From Smithellaceae bacterium (GTDB lineage: Bacteria; Desulfobacterota; Syntrophia; Syntrophales; Smithellaceae), in the NCBI GenBank assembly GCA_963667845.2, contig CAXXVL010000001.1, forward strand, positions 224,001-288,000: 64,000 nucleotides of DNA. The letters run 5' to 3'. This document shows, in pieces, positions 37,754-47,172 of this stretch. A program made the position numbers and the translations under genes. How positions within the stretch are numbered: position 1 is the stretch's first letter; each line of letters begins with the position of its first letter. A model generated the notes under the pieces. It was given only the letters and a program-made list of their open reading frames with translations, was not told where the DNA came from and did not search any database.

Positions 37754-39199
37754 ATGAAAACCAACAAGCAATCACAACGTGATGAACGTTTTGCCCTGGT
37801 GCCGCTGCGTGAGCTTGCCGATCAGGCCTTCTCACGCGCGGCGGGTGCAAATTTGATCGGCGGCAATCACGTGCGTTTGCTTAAAGATGCGAAGGAAAAT
37901 TATCCGGCCTGGCTAAGAGCAATCCATGCGGCCAAAAAAAATATCCACTTCGAGAACTATATCTTTTGCGATGACAAGACGGGCCGCGAGTTTGCAGAGG
38001 CTCTGATCGCCAGGGCGCAAGAAGGTGTTATCGTCCGTCTCATATACGATTGGCTGGGATGTCTGGGCCAGGCCTCGCGCCGGTTTTGGAACGGCCTGCG
38101 AGCAGGCGGCGTGGACGTCCGATGCTACAATCCCCCGCGGTTGGACAGACCGCTCGGATGGATCTCACGCGACCACCGGAAGACGTTAACGGTGGATGGC
38201 GAAATCGCGTTCGTCACCGGTTTATGCGTGGGCCAAAAGTGGCGCGGTGATCCCCAACGCAAGATCGAGCCCTGGCGCGATACCGGCGTTGAGATCCGCG
38301 GCCCTGCGGTCACGGAAGTGGAGCAGGCCTTCGCGCGGATGTGGGCCTTGACGGGCGAGCCGCTTCCCGCCGCTGCGCTTTCCGTCAAGACGCAGCCCGC
38401 GGGCAGGACGAATCTGCGCATCGTCGCAACCGAGCCGGCAACGGCGGGCATGATGCGTTTGGACCAGCTCATCGCTGCCATGGGGCGCAAAAGGCTGTGG
38501 TTGACCGACGCCTACTACGCCGGCACGGCCACTTACATGGAAGCCTTGCGGGCCGCTGCCAAAGACGGCGTCGATGTCCGCCTGCTGCTGCCGAGCACAA
38601 CGGATGTTCCCTTGATGCGGCCGCTGTCGCGTGCAGGCTATCGGCCGCTGCTGGAAGCGGGTGTGCGCGTGTTCGAGTGGAACGGGACGATGCTGCACGC
38701 CAAAACGGCTGTTGCGGACGGAACCTGGGCCCGCGTCGGATCAACCAATTTGAATATCACCAGCTGGATAGGAAACTGCGAACTGGATGCGGTCATCGAA
38801 GATGCATCATTCGCTGCCGAAATGGAAGAGATGTATAAGCGGGATCTTGACCACGCAACGGAAATCGTTCTCGATCGGCGCCAGCGCCCGCAAGCAGCTG
38901 TCGGGTCCCGCCGCAAGCGCGCTAAGGCCGGCGGCAGCGCCAGCCGTGCCGCGACCGGAGCAGTGAGAATCGGGCACACCCTCGGCGCGACCCTGATCAA
39001 TCGCCGGGTACTGAACCCGATGGGCGCCCGTCTTACAGCCGTCACCGGTCTGGTGCTGTGCGCTTTGGCGGTGCTGTTCGGGCTGTTTCCCAAGGCCCTG
39101 GCCTATCCACTGGTCGCTCTGGGCGCCTGGGGAGGCCTCACCCTGCTTTATCGGGGGTATCAGCTGGCCAGACAGCGCAAGATGAATAAGCGTGAATGA
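37754..39199 (+). CDS. cls: Cardiolipin synthase-like phospholipase D
   Basis: Two HKD motifs (RDHRKTLTVDG, MLHAKTAVADG), WRDTGV, GSTNL; C-terminal TM pair. Confidence 0.9.
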   Translation: MKTNKQSQRDERFALVPLRELADQAFSRAAGANLIGGNHVRLLKDAKENYPAWLRAIHAAKKNIHFENYIFCDDKTGREFAEALIARAQEGVIVRLIYDWLGCLGQASRRFWNGLRAGGVDVRCYNPPRLDRPLGWISRDHRKTLTVDGEIAFVTGLCVGQKWRGDPQRKIEPWRDTGVEIRGPAVTEVEQAFARMWALTGEPLPAAALSVKTQPAGRTNLRIVATEPATAGMMRLDQLIAAMGRKRLWLTDAYYAGTATYMEALRAAAKDGVDVRLLLPSTTDVPLMRPLSRAGYRPLLEAGVRVFEWNGTMLHAKTAVADGTWARVGSTNLNITSWIGNCELDAVIEDASFAAEMEEMYKRDLDHATEIVLDRRQRPQAAVGSRRKRAKAGGSASRAATGAVRIGHTLGATLINRRVLNPMGARLTAVTGLVLCALAVLFGLFPKALAYPLVALGAWGGLTLLYRGYQLARQRKMNKRE

Positions 39200-39600
39200 A
39201 GCGTGCCTCTGTTTACGCGTGCCGCCTTCAGGTGTCAGGTTAACGGGGTGAATCCGGTGTCTATCATGTGGAACCATAGGGAGATCAATCTCCGTATCTC
39301 AACACTTGAAACTTAAATCGCAAAACTTAACACCGAGTCTTTTAATCGTTTATTTCTTGCATTGTAGTTCTGAAGTAGTATCATTCGCGTCGCATCACAT
39401 ACCAAGCACAATTAAATATTTATCAAATGTAATCGGAGGCTGAATACTTATACTAAAACGGACGGTTGTTCATGCCCGGTAATTGGGCAACTATTCTGGC
39501 ATAGTGCGAAAAGAACGAAGCCTGGTGAAACACGGGCGGCAGGCCATAATAAAGCGCTGGGTCCCGATCTTAGAAGAATTTGAAAACCGGAGTACATCGA

Positions 39601-42345
39601 ATGCAAAAGAATTTATATTCCATCTCCATCCTGTTCACTTTCATCCTTTCCGTTTCCACAATTGGGCCGCTGCCGGCATCTGCACAACAGCCTGCCGACA
39701 AAATTGTTTCCATCTGCAATCGCACAGAACCGGTACGGGTGGCCATTCAGAAGGAGATTGCCGCCGAACGTTTCACATCGGGCGTCGGAGGCGCCGTGCT
39801 CTGCCAGTCGATAAGAGTCTCCGAACTGAATAAGATCGAATATCTCCAGGTCATTGAAAAAGAAATTGCTGCATTGAAGGTTGGAGATTTCGAGGGTCTC
39901 GCCGGGCTCAAAATCCTTGATCTTGAAGGCAACAACTTTGCCGCATTGGATGCATACGTTTTTTCAGGACTCACTAATTTAGAAACCCTGGTGCTGGCCC
40001 GAAATCCTCTAAAGACCCTGGGCAGTGAGTTGGGTGACCTCCCGCAGTTAAAACACATTGATGTGTCAGGCTGCAAATTGTCCTCCATTTCGTCCGGTGC
40101 GTTCTCGTCCACCCCCCGGCTGGAAGCCATTTTCCTGGCCGATAATGAATTAAAGGAACTGCCGGCAGACCTGTTTGATAAAAACGATGCGTTGAAAATT
40201 GTCGATCTGTCCGGCAACCGGCTTGTTGAAATTCCCGCCTCCCTGGCATCCCGAAAAGGCGTTTTGTTGAGTTTGAATCTTTCCCGCAACAATATGCCGG
40301 ATTCCCAACAGATTAAACGAACCGGCTCCGGTTATTCATTGAGTCCCCCTGCAATCGATCCTGAACGCCAATCTCCCGCTATCCAGGGCGTCGCGAGACT
40401 CCGCTCTTTTATCCGCGCGCATTGGCATCTGCCGCTTGAAGTTTCCACTTCTTATTCTACCTCCGGAAAGTTTGATCTGAACCATCCGGCCCTCAGGGTC
40501 AGGGAAGAACGCCTTCTGCTCAGACAGCTCGAAGAAGTGCGGGAGGCCTATCGGAGATCAGCTTTTGATTTCTTCAACGTTCAAATCCGTTTTGTCTCGC
40601 CGGATGCAATTTATAAAACTCCTCAACTGAAGTTCAATAAGAAGAAATGCGGCATTGAAATTACTCTGAAAGCGCCGGAAAACGCAACTGATCGCGCGGC
40701 CTTGATTACCGATGAGCAAATTCTGGAAATCCTGGCCGACCATTTTGATCGCAACCATTCGGTGGCTTGGTTTAAGAAAGAGGCTCGCACGGATCTGGAA
40801 GCCGCTTTAAAACGCGATTTTGACAAAGTGGCCCGGATGGATGATGAACTGCGCTTCGATATACTCCGTTTCGATGATTTGATTGACACGGCCATGACCC
40901 GGATGAGTAAAGCCGATGAAAAAAGGTTTTTTTCGGATACGGAGCTCACCGATGCGCGCTTTATCCAGTTTCGTGTGATGCTCACATTCCAGCGGCTGGA
41001 AAATACGATGGCACGCTGGAAGCTTGCCGAATCTGCCCCGGATTTTCCCTACCGGGCCGAAGTGCGGCTGCTTCTGGCGGAATGCTCCGGCATGTATCGA
41101 ACCTATCTGGACTGGTTTTTGAATGTCGTCGTCGGAGGCCGCACGGCGATCAATGTCTTTAACGAAACCTGGTATCACCGCAACCCGATCTTTAAAATTC
41201 TTGATTCTGAAGTTCCGGCCGGATTTTTCAATCTCGACGGCCGGGTCTCCACCAGAATCCCTCCGGGCGCGGTCCGGGATCTTTTAAAGAGCAGACTCAG
41301 CGTCCCGCTTCTTCATTATCTTCACGGCATGCTATCGATGGACGAATATGTTTCCGACACCGACATTCTGCAGTCCCCCCTGGGCGCGCAGATGCGGCGG
41401 GCGGTGGAAAGGATTGGACATAACCGCCGGTCTCTGGCTGAACATAAAATCTCCGATACAAGTGTGTTCAAAGAACTATGGGATGCGCGGGTTAAAAGCA
41501 GCGTAAAATTTCCTCTTTATCGTGTAACCATGGGTGTTGCCACTGTCATCGGAGATACAAGATTTTCCAATTCGGCCCCCGCCATTTCAGACGGACAGAT
41601 GGCGGATATGAAAGCTCATTTGAAACCCGGTGATCTGCTGATCGAGCGCACGGATCACTACTTTTCCAATGCATTTTTAGGGGGCTTCTGGCCGCATGGT
41701 ATCCTGTATCTCGGTTCGAGGGAAGAATGGTCCGGATTAAAACTGGCTGATGGAACGACTCTGTCTGAGGATCCCTGGATTTTCAAAAACATCCTGCCTA
41801 AATATTTTTCTGCAAAAGACGGTCATCCTGCACTGGTGATGGAAGCGATTTCCGAAGGCGTCGTGTTCAATTCCCTGGAAGAAGCCGCGCAGAAAGATTA
41901 CATCGGTATTTTCAGACCCAGGTTTGCGCCCGGCGAACAGGAAGCCAAAATCGCCGCCGCCATCAAGCGGGCGCTTAAATATCATGGCCGGCCCTATGAC
42001 TTCGATTTTGATTTTTTCACCGACGACAAACTGGTCTGCACGGAATTGCTTTACAGAGCCTATCATCCGGATATTAATTTCCTGGTTCAAAAACAGGCCG
42101 TCAGAAAGCCCGATCCTCCCGTACCCGGAATGATTAAAAAGGCGGGCCGCGACACCATGCCGGCCAACGAAATCGCCAAACTTGCCCTTTATATGCTGGA
42201 CAACAAGCAACCGAATCCATCCATTGGATATACCGGTCAGACCCTGGACTTTGTCCGTTTATATATGAAGCAGGGTGACGGCAGATCCGCGCGCATTTAT
42301 CATGGCGCAGAAGGCATTGAAGTTTTAAGACGAACGCTGAGATAG
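39601..42345 (+). CDS. Secreted LRR-domain plus permuted NlpC/P60 (YiiX/YebB-like) fusion protein
   Basis: Signal peptide; LRRs (LKILDLEGNN, LETLVLARNPL, LEAIFLADNEL, LKIVDLSGNRL); C-terminal LKPGDLLIER, FWPHGILYLG, MEAISEGV, GRPYDFDF, KLVCTELL. Confidence 0.85.
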   Translation: MQKNLYSISILFTFILSVSTIGPLPASAQQPADKIVSICNRTEPVRVAIQKEIAAERFTSGVGGAVLCQSIRVSELNKIEYLQVIEKEIAALKVGDFEGLAGLKILDLEGNNFAALDAYVFSGLTNLETLVLARNPLKTLGSELGDLPQLKHIDVSGCKLSSISSGAFSSTPRLEAIFLADNELKELPADLFDKNDALKIVDLSGNRLVEIPASLASRKGVLLSLNLSRNNMPDSQQIKRTGSGYSLSPPAIDPERQSPAIQGVARLRSFIRAHWHLPLEVSTSYSTSGKFDLNHPALRVREERLLLRQLEEVREAYRRSAFDFFNVQIRFVSPDAIYKTPQLKFNKKKCGIEITLKAPENATDRAALITDEQILEILADHFDRNHSVAWFKKEARTDLEAALKRDFDKVARMDDELRFDILRFDDLIDTAMTRMSKADEKRFFSDTELTDARFIQFRVMLTFQRLENTMARWKLAESAPDFPYRAEVRLLLAECSGMYRTYLDWFLNVVVGGRTAINVFNETWYHRNPIFKILDSEVPAGFFNLDGRVSTRIPPGAVRDLLKSRLSVPLLHYLHGMLSMDEYVSDTDILQSPLGAQMRRAVERIGHNRRSLAEHKISDTSVFKELWDARVKSSVKFPLYRVTMGVATVIGDTRFSNSAPAISDGQMADMKAHLKPGDLLIERTDHYFSNAFLGGFWPHGILYLGSREEWSGLKLADGTTLSEDPWIFKNILPKYFSAKDGHPALVMEAISEGVVFNSLEEAAQKDYIGIFRPRFAPGEQEAKIAAAIKRALKYHGRPYDFDFDFFTDDKLVCTELLYRAYHPDINFLVQKQAVRKPDPPVPGMIKKAGRDTMPANEIAKLALYMLDNKQPNPSIGYTGQTLDFVRLYMKQGDGRSARIYHGAEGIEVLRRTLR

Positions 42346-42357
42346 CGGAGCCCTTTC

Positions 42358-43722
42358 ATGAAATACATCCTGATCTTGTTCCTGCTGACGTTTTCCGTCT
42401 GCGCTCAGGCCGCCTGGCTTCCCGAGCGGATTTTCATCAAGACCGCCACGCATAGCTTTACGCACGAATACGATGTTGCCATTCATGAAGGAAAAATCTG
42501 GCACAAACCAAGAGCGTCAACTGCCGGAACTTCATCAAAATGGAAATTACTTGGCCAAGCGGGATTGCCGGCTGCCGCCTCTGTTCTGGGGCTGGGCGGG
42601 TTTGACTCCCCGGCTTCGGTCGTGCAACTGTCCGCCGACGGAGATAACCTCATTGCCGTAGGAAACGACGGTGTGGTTTATTACATGAAGTGGAACACAC
42701 GCAAATGGGTCAACAAATGGGGACAACCCTTTTCCAGACAACTGCTCTTGCCTGAGCATAACCGGGCCTGGTCGATCTCCCATCGCGGGCCTTTTGCCGG
42801 CGGCTATTCCGACATTGACGGCAATTTTCACGCCATCAGTGCGGGCGTCACCACATTATATGTCTTGAGCGCGGATGGGTTGAAGATTTCTTACGCTGAT
42901 CCCTGGCTGCCTGCTGATTTCTCACACGAAATCGGCGGCCCGCTGCAGAACCGCTTCCGTTCGAGATCACTTTGTGCAAGCGCTTCCACTCTTTTCGTCA
43001 TCAATGATGCCGGAGAAATGTATACCCGTCTCGCCGACTTCGACACGCTGGGCCTCAATCCTTTTCTAGCCTATAGTTACGAGCGAAGGGTACTTGATCT
43101 TAACAAGGAGAAGGACGTGCGGACGCTGCCTCCGGAAGAGTGGAAAAAACAGCCGTCCATCCTGCCGCACCAGGGGCGGATTACTTCGGCCATTACAATT
43201 TTCCAGACAGGCAGAGGCAACGACGCCCGCGAACTGCGGGTGGAAGGTGTTAATGCGCAAGGAGAGAATGGTTATTTTTCAAAGTCGATCAACGGCGAGA
43301 CATGGCAATTTACACAAACCAACCTGACTCTGCAAAAGCCCCTCCTGTCTTCCGATAATGGAGCCCCGGATTCAGGCCCGAGCCTTGAAAGGATGCTTTC
43401 CGGACAGCTCGAATCAGGCCGACTATTTGAAGACCTGAACTATCTGATTGAACTCAAAAACTTTCATCCCCTGGGTTCAGGTGCAACGCTGGTTGTCCTG
43501 CTGGAAAACGAAAAAGCGGAATTTCCTCTTTCGATTGTTGCTTCTTCTCAAAATGACGATACAATGAAAGGGGCTATCCTGCTCCCGGCAGGGCTTAAAA
43601 TCAGTCCTGTGGGGAACAAAAGCCTTCAGGAATTCACGCGCAAGATTTTCGGCAAACATGCCTTTGTTAAAATTAAATTAATCATCCATCCGGATAACAC
43701 GGTTTTAATCAAAACTGATTAA
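42358..43722 (+). CDS. Secreted hypothetical protein with beta-propeller-like repeats
   Basis: Signal peptide; QLSADGDNLIAVGNDGVVY and SLCASASTLFVINDAGEMY; 12 bp after the LRR gene. Confidence 0.75.
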   Translation: MKYILILFLLTFSVCAQAAWLPERIFIKTATHSFTHEYDVAIHEGKIWHKPRASTAGTSSKWKLLGQAGLPAAASVLGLGGFDSPASVVQLSADGDNLIAVGNDGVVYYMKWNTRKWVNKWGQPFSRQLLLPEHNRAWSISHRGPFAGGYSDIDGNFHAISAGVTTLYVLSADGLKISYADPWLPADFSHEIGGPLQNRFRSRSLCASASTLFVINDAGEMYTRLADFDTLGLNPFLAYSYERRVLDLNKEKDVRTLPPEEWKKQPSILPHQGRITSAITIFQTGRGNDARELRVEGVNAQGENGYFSKSINGETWQFTQTNLTLQKPLLSSDNGAPDSGPSLERMLSGQLESGRLFEDLNYLIELKNFHPLGSGATLVVLLENEKAEFPLSIVASSQNDDTMKGAILLPAGLKISPVGNKSLQEFTRKIFGKHAFVKIKLIIHPDNTVLIKTD

Positions 43723-43758
43723 AAAGCATAACCGCCATGAACAACCGTCCCGATCATT

Positions 43759-44052
43759 TCACATGTCTTTGACCTCCGACACCAGACGGTCAAACTCCTC
43801 CACATTGACGACCGGCGACGTGCTGAAGGAAATGCCTGTCAGTTTGTTGAGGCCGATGGAGGCAGCCAGAGCGCTGTCCCCATCCGGAAAGTCCAGCGTA
43901 AGAACCAGGTCGTGCTCTCCCAGAACGGCATACATGGAAATGATTTTTCCGCCATTGTGTTCGATGATTTTAATGGCTTTTTTTGTCCGGTCAGCGGACG
44001 CGCCCTTTAATGATTCCTGATTGTATTTTCCAAACATCATAAATATCGGCAT
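43759..44052 (-). CDS. GYD domain protein
   Basis: GGKIISMYAVLGEHDLVLTLDFPD; RBS AAAGGAGG. Confidence 0.85.
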   Translation of the reverse strand: MPIFMMFGKYNQESLKGASADRTKKAIKIIEHNGGKIISMYAVLGEHDLVLTLDFPDGDSALAASIGLNKLTGISFSTSPVVNVEEFDRLVSEVKDM

Positions 44053-44118
44053 AGGTTGCCTCCTTTCGACTTGCCGGGATAAAGCCCGGGCGGGAATTCC
44101 GGCTTTGATCTTTCCGGG

Positions 44119-44589
44119 TCAGTAATTGGCGTCGGAGAACCGCGCCAGCTTCGGATTGACGAGTCTTTCATAATCTTTATACTTCACGCGGAACACTTCC
44201 GTGTGCGAGCCCGCGTTGAAAGCGATCTCTTTGTCCCGGGAAAGACTTCTTTCGGCATAAACATCCATGCCGTAAAGATTGCCGAAGGGCGGCATGGCGC
44301 CGGGCTCGCATTCCGGAAAGAGATTCTTGAATTCGCCTTCGCCGGCGAGGTGCACATTATCCGTGCCGGCCACTCCTCTTAAAAGATCAAAATCCACGCG
44401 CTCCGTCGCCGGCAATACCGCCATCGCCATTTTACCGCTGATTTTGATCATGACGGTTTTGGCCAGTTCTTTTCCCGGCACGTGCACGGACTCGGCAATT
44501 TCCTGGGCCGTATACGCCTGGGAATGCCTGATGCTGATGTACTTGACGTCATGAAAATCCAAAAATTCTTTTAGTTTTTGAAGTGGCAT
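44119..44589 (-). CDS. YbaK/EbsC aminoacyl-tRNA deacylase family
   Basis: AYTAQEIA, LAKTVM, CEPGAMPPFG, FNAGSH. Confidence 0.92.
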   Translation of the reverse strand: MPLQKLKEFLDFHDVKYISIRHSQAYTAQEIAESVHVPGKELAKTVMIKISGKMAMAVLPATERVDFDLLRGVAGTDNVHLAGEGEFKNLFPECEPGAMPPFGNLYGMDVYAERSLSRDKEIAFNAGSHTEVFRVKYKDYERLVNPKLARFSDANY

Positions 44590-45197
44590 GCTGGACTCCT
44601 TTCTTGAAGATTTAAAATCCAAATAAAGGGTTAACCACATTGACTGTGACCGGATCAAAAGGAGCGGAAACAAGAAAGTCCCGGAGTAGAAAGATTTTTC
44701 CCACAGGACGCCCGCGGTGCACTGACTCATGCGCTGGTGTCTGCGCTTAGCTGTAAGTTAATTATATAAGATAGAAAAGCAAATAACAAGCAGCGACCGG
44801 CAGCGGGTAATAGGACTGCGGAGAAATGCCGCAAGGGCCGATCTTTGAGAAATAGCGCGTTCTTAAGAGGAGGTGCCTGCGGCCTCTGGCTCACCTCTTA
44901 GATGAAATCGACCGCAGCATTAGTAAAAGTCAATTTAAATATTTGACACCAATTGTTTCCTTGTTCAAAAGGTCCAAAAAAAGTATAAGCGGGGTGCCGT
45001 AATCAAAAAAAAGTGGGCGTTCGGGGAAGGAAAATGCGGACAGTCGAATGACGTGGAGGAAGTCAATACGTGTCGACAAAAGTAAAGATAGAAACAGCCC
45101 CTTTTCTTGCCCTTTTTGGGGAAATACAGAGAAATGCGGGCAACAATAGGCGACGTTTGCAGGGATTACCTGACATTTCAAGGCCGGAGTTTGAACG

Positions 45198-45944
45198 ATG
45201 ATCTGTCCCAAATGCGGTGCCGAACAGGGAGAAGAAAAGTTGGAGTGTGTGCGCTGCGGAGTCATCTTTGCCAAACTGACGCCGGAAGACTTCGGTCCGC
45301 CGCATAAGCGGTCAAAAACTCCGGAAGCATCGATCAAGAAATCAAAGCGGCCCGTGTCGCTGATCATCATAACCGTGCTGCTGCTTGTCGGCCTAGGCTA
45401 TTTTATGCACGGTAAACTGGAGCAGAAACGGATTGATCATATCGGGTCGGTGGCGGAGCAACCCCTGCAGGAGAGCGCCGATGTGCAGGTGATTGAGCGC
45501 GGCGGCTATGAAATTCAGCCGGTCGCGCGCTACGAGATTCGCGCCAAGGTATTGTCCATCGAACGCTATCGCATCGGCCGCGAGGCGGACCTCTCTCCCG
45601 TGGATTTTGCTCTGGGCTGGGGACCGATGTCCGATAACGCGATCACCAAACAACTCGCTATCAGCCAGGGCAGCCGTTTTTATCATTACAGTTGGCGGGG
45701 TGATCCGCCGATCGATCCTGCTGAAATTGTCCGCAACTCGGCAAATACACACCTTGTTCCGGCTGACGACAATGTCAAAGCGCGCCTGTTTGCGGTACGC
45801 AAAGGCGAAATAGTGATGCTCAAGGGCTATCTCATCAATGTCCGGCATTCGGATGGATGGAGATGGCATTCATCCCTGACGCGTGAGGACTCCGGTGCAG
45901 GCGCGTGCGAATTGATGTGGGTGGCGGAGGCGGCCATTCAGTAG
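45198..45944 (+). CDS. Zinc-ribbon plus TM plus periplasmic domain hypothetical protein
   Basis: CPKCG...CVRCGVIFAK, a TM segment, LSPVDFALGWG, SSLTREDSGAGACE. Confidence 0.8.
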   Translation: MICPKCGAEQGEEKLECVRCGVIFAKLTPEDFGPPHKRSKTPEASIKKSKRPVSLIIITVLLLVGLGYFMHGKLEQKRIDHIGSVAEQPLQESADVQVIERGGYEIQPVARYEIRAKVLSIERYRIGREADLSPVDFALGWGPMSDNAITKQLAISQGSRFYHYSWRGDPPIDPAEIVRNSANTHLVPADDNVKARLFAVRKGEIVMLKGYLINVRHSDGWRWHSSLTREDSGAGACELMWVAEAAIQ

Positions 45945-46316
45945 GCGAACACCAAAGACATTGTCTGAAAATAGAAAGGGCGTTTCTATTTATTGAGGAG
46001 ATATTTAGAACCAAAAATGATAATGGCACCGTTCTGATTATTGCCTGCGACTTTCGGAACCGGACGATTGTATTGGGTTTAAAGCATGATCAACGAAACC
46101 AACATCTTGACTTTTTTGCGGTCCGGGCGTAACCGATTAACGTCATTAAGAAAATTTTAACATAATCAATAAACGGTTAAAACCCTTCCAATAAAGGGTG
46201 ATGTTATGGAGAGACTATCGAATCCCCGTATCTCAAAAAGAGTGCGGGGATTTTTATTTAAGAGCGGATGGGAGAGTCATGATTACCGGACATTAAATTC
46301 ACTGAAGGAGGGCATT

Positions 46317-46700
46317 ATGAAAAATGTGATCGACAAAACGATAAAACCTTTTTTAGTTCTGGCCGGATTGGGAACCTGTGCGGCGGGTTTCTATGCATTT
46401 TTACCGGTGTTTTCCGTAGAAAGAATTGCCAGACTTCAGTTCGTCGAAAATTACGTCATCTTCGTCCAGCACTGGGGCATGATGGTTTTGCTGATGGGCA
46501 TCTTCATGATTGTATCCGCCTTCAAGGTCTCATGGCGCACCCCGATACTGGTATACAGCGTCATTGAAAAGAGCTTCATGGTGCTCCTGTGTATCTTTTA
46601 CAGCAGCCGATCGTTTGTGGCGGGTTTTCAGGGTGCCGCTATTATGGATGCGATCATCGTTGTATGCTTGCTGCTCTATTTCTGGAAAGGCCGCCGCTGA
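46317..46700 (+). CDS. Small 4-TM membrane protein
   Basis: RBS AAGGAGG; hydrophobic pattern; QHWGMMV, EKSF. Confidence 0.7.
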   Translation: MKNVIDKTIKPFLVLAGLGTCAAGFYAFLPVFSVERIARLQFVENYVIFVQHWGMMVLLMGIFMIVSAFKVSWRTPILVYSVIEKSFMVLLCIFYSSRSFVAGFQGAAIMDAIIVVCLLLYFWKGRR

Positions 46701-46757
46701 TTTCTAAAGACAGTTACGGCGGGGTTGACTGAAGTGAAGAAATCAGTATCGCCGCTG

Positions 46758-46864
46758 GTTCAATCATTTAGGTTGAACTGTTAATGCCATTGGGCAACGG
46801 AAAAACTCGGAATGCCGCAAAGCCGGTTGGCGCAACTGCAGAACGGGACACAATCGGCGATTAT
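46758..46864 (+). repeat. Second copy of the 36456-36562 element
   Basis: Manual alignment without gaps. Confidence 0.9.
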
Positions 46865-47172
46865 CTATATCCTCCAAAGGGGAGAAGATGATTGTTGAGG
46901 AACAATTCATGCGCGATTGAATGAAGGCGAATTGATATTTTGAAGTACGCCCCTAAGTATGCTCATAATTAAGTGTTGTGACCCCTGAATTCCTGCCGAC
47001 AGCGTGATCGATCGGCATCTGCAGTCACCTTCCTTTGCTTCCCGTCCGTCACCAGTCCTTGTTTGCCGAGAGCGAAATATCTATTAGCAGGGTGATAAAA
47101 ATTGACAGACAGACGGAACTTCCCTATGTTTGTCGTAACATAACACAATGTCTTATCAAAGGGATAGAATCC

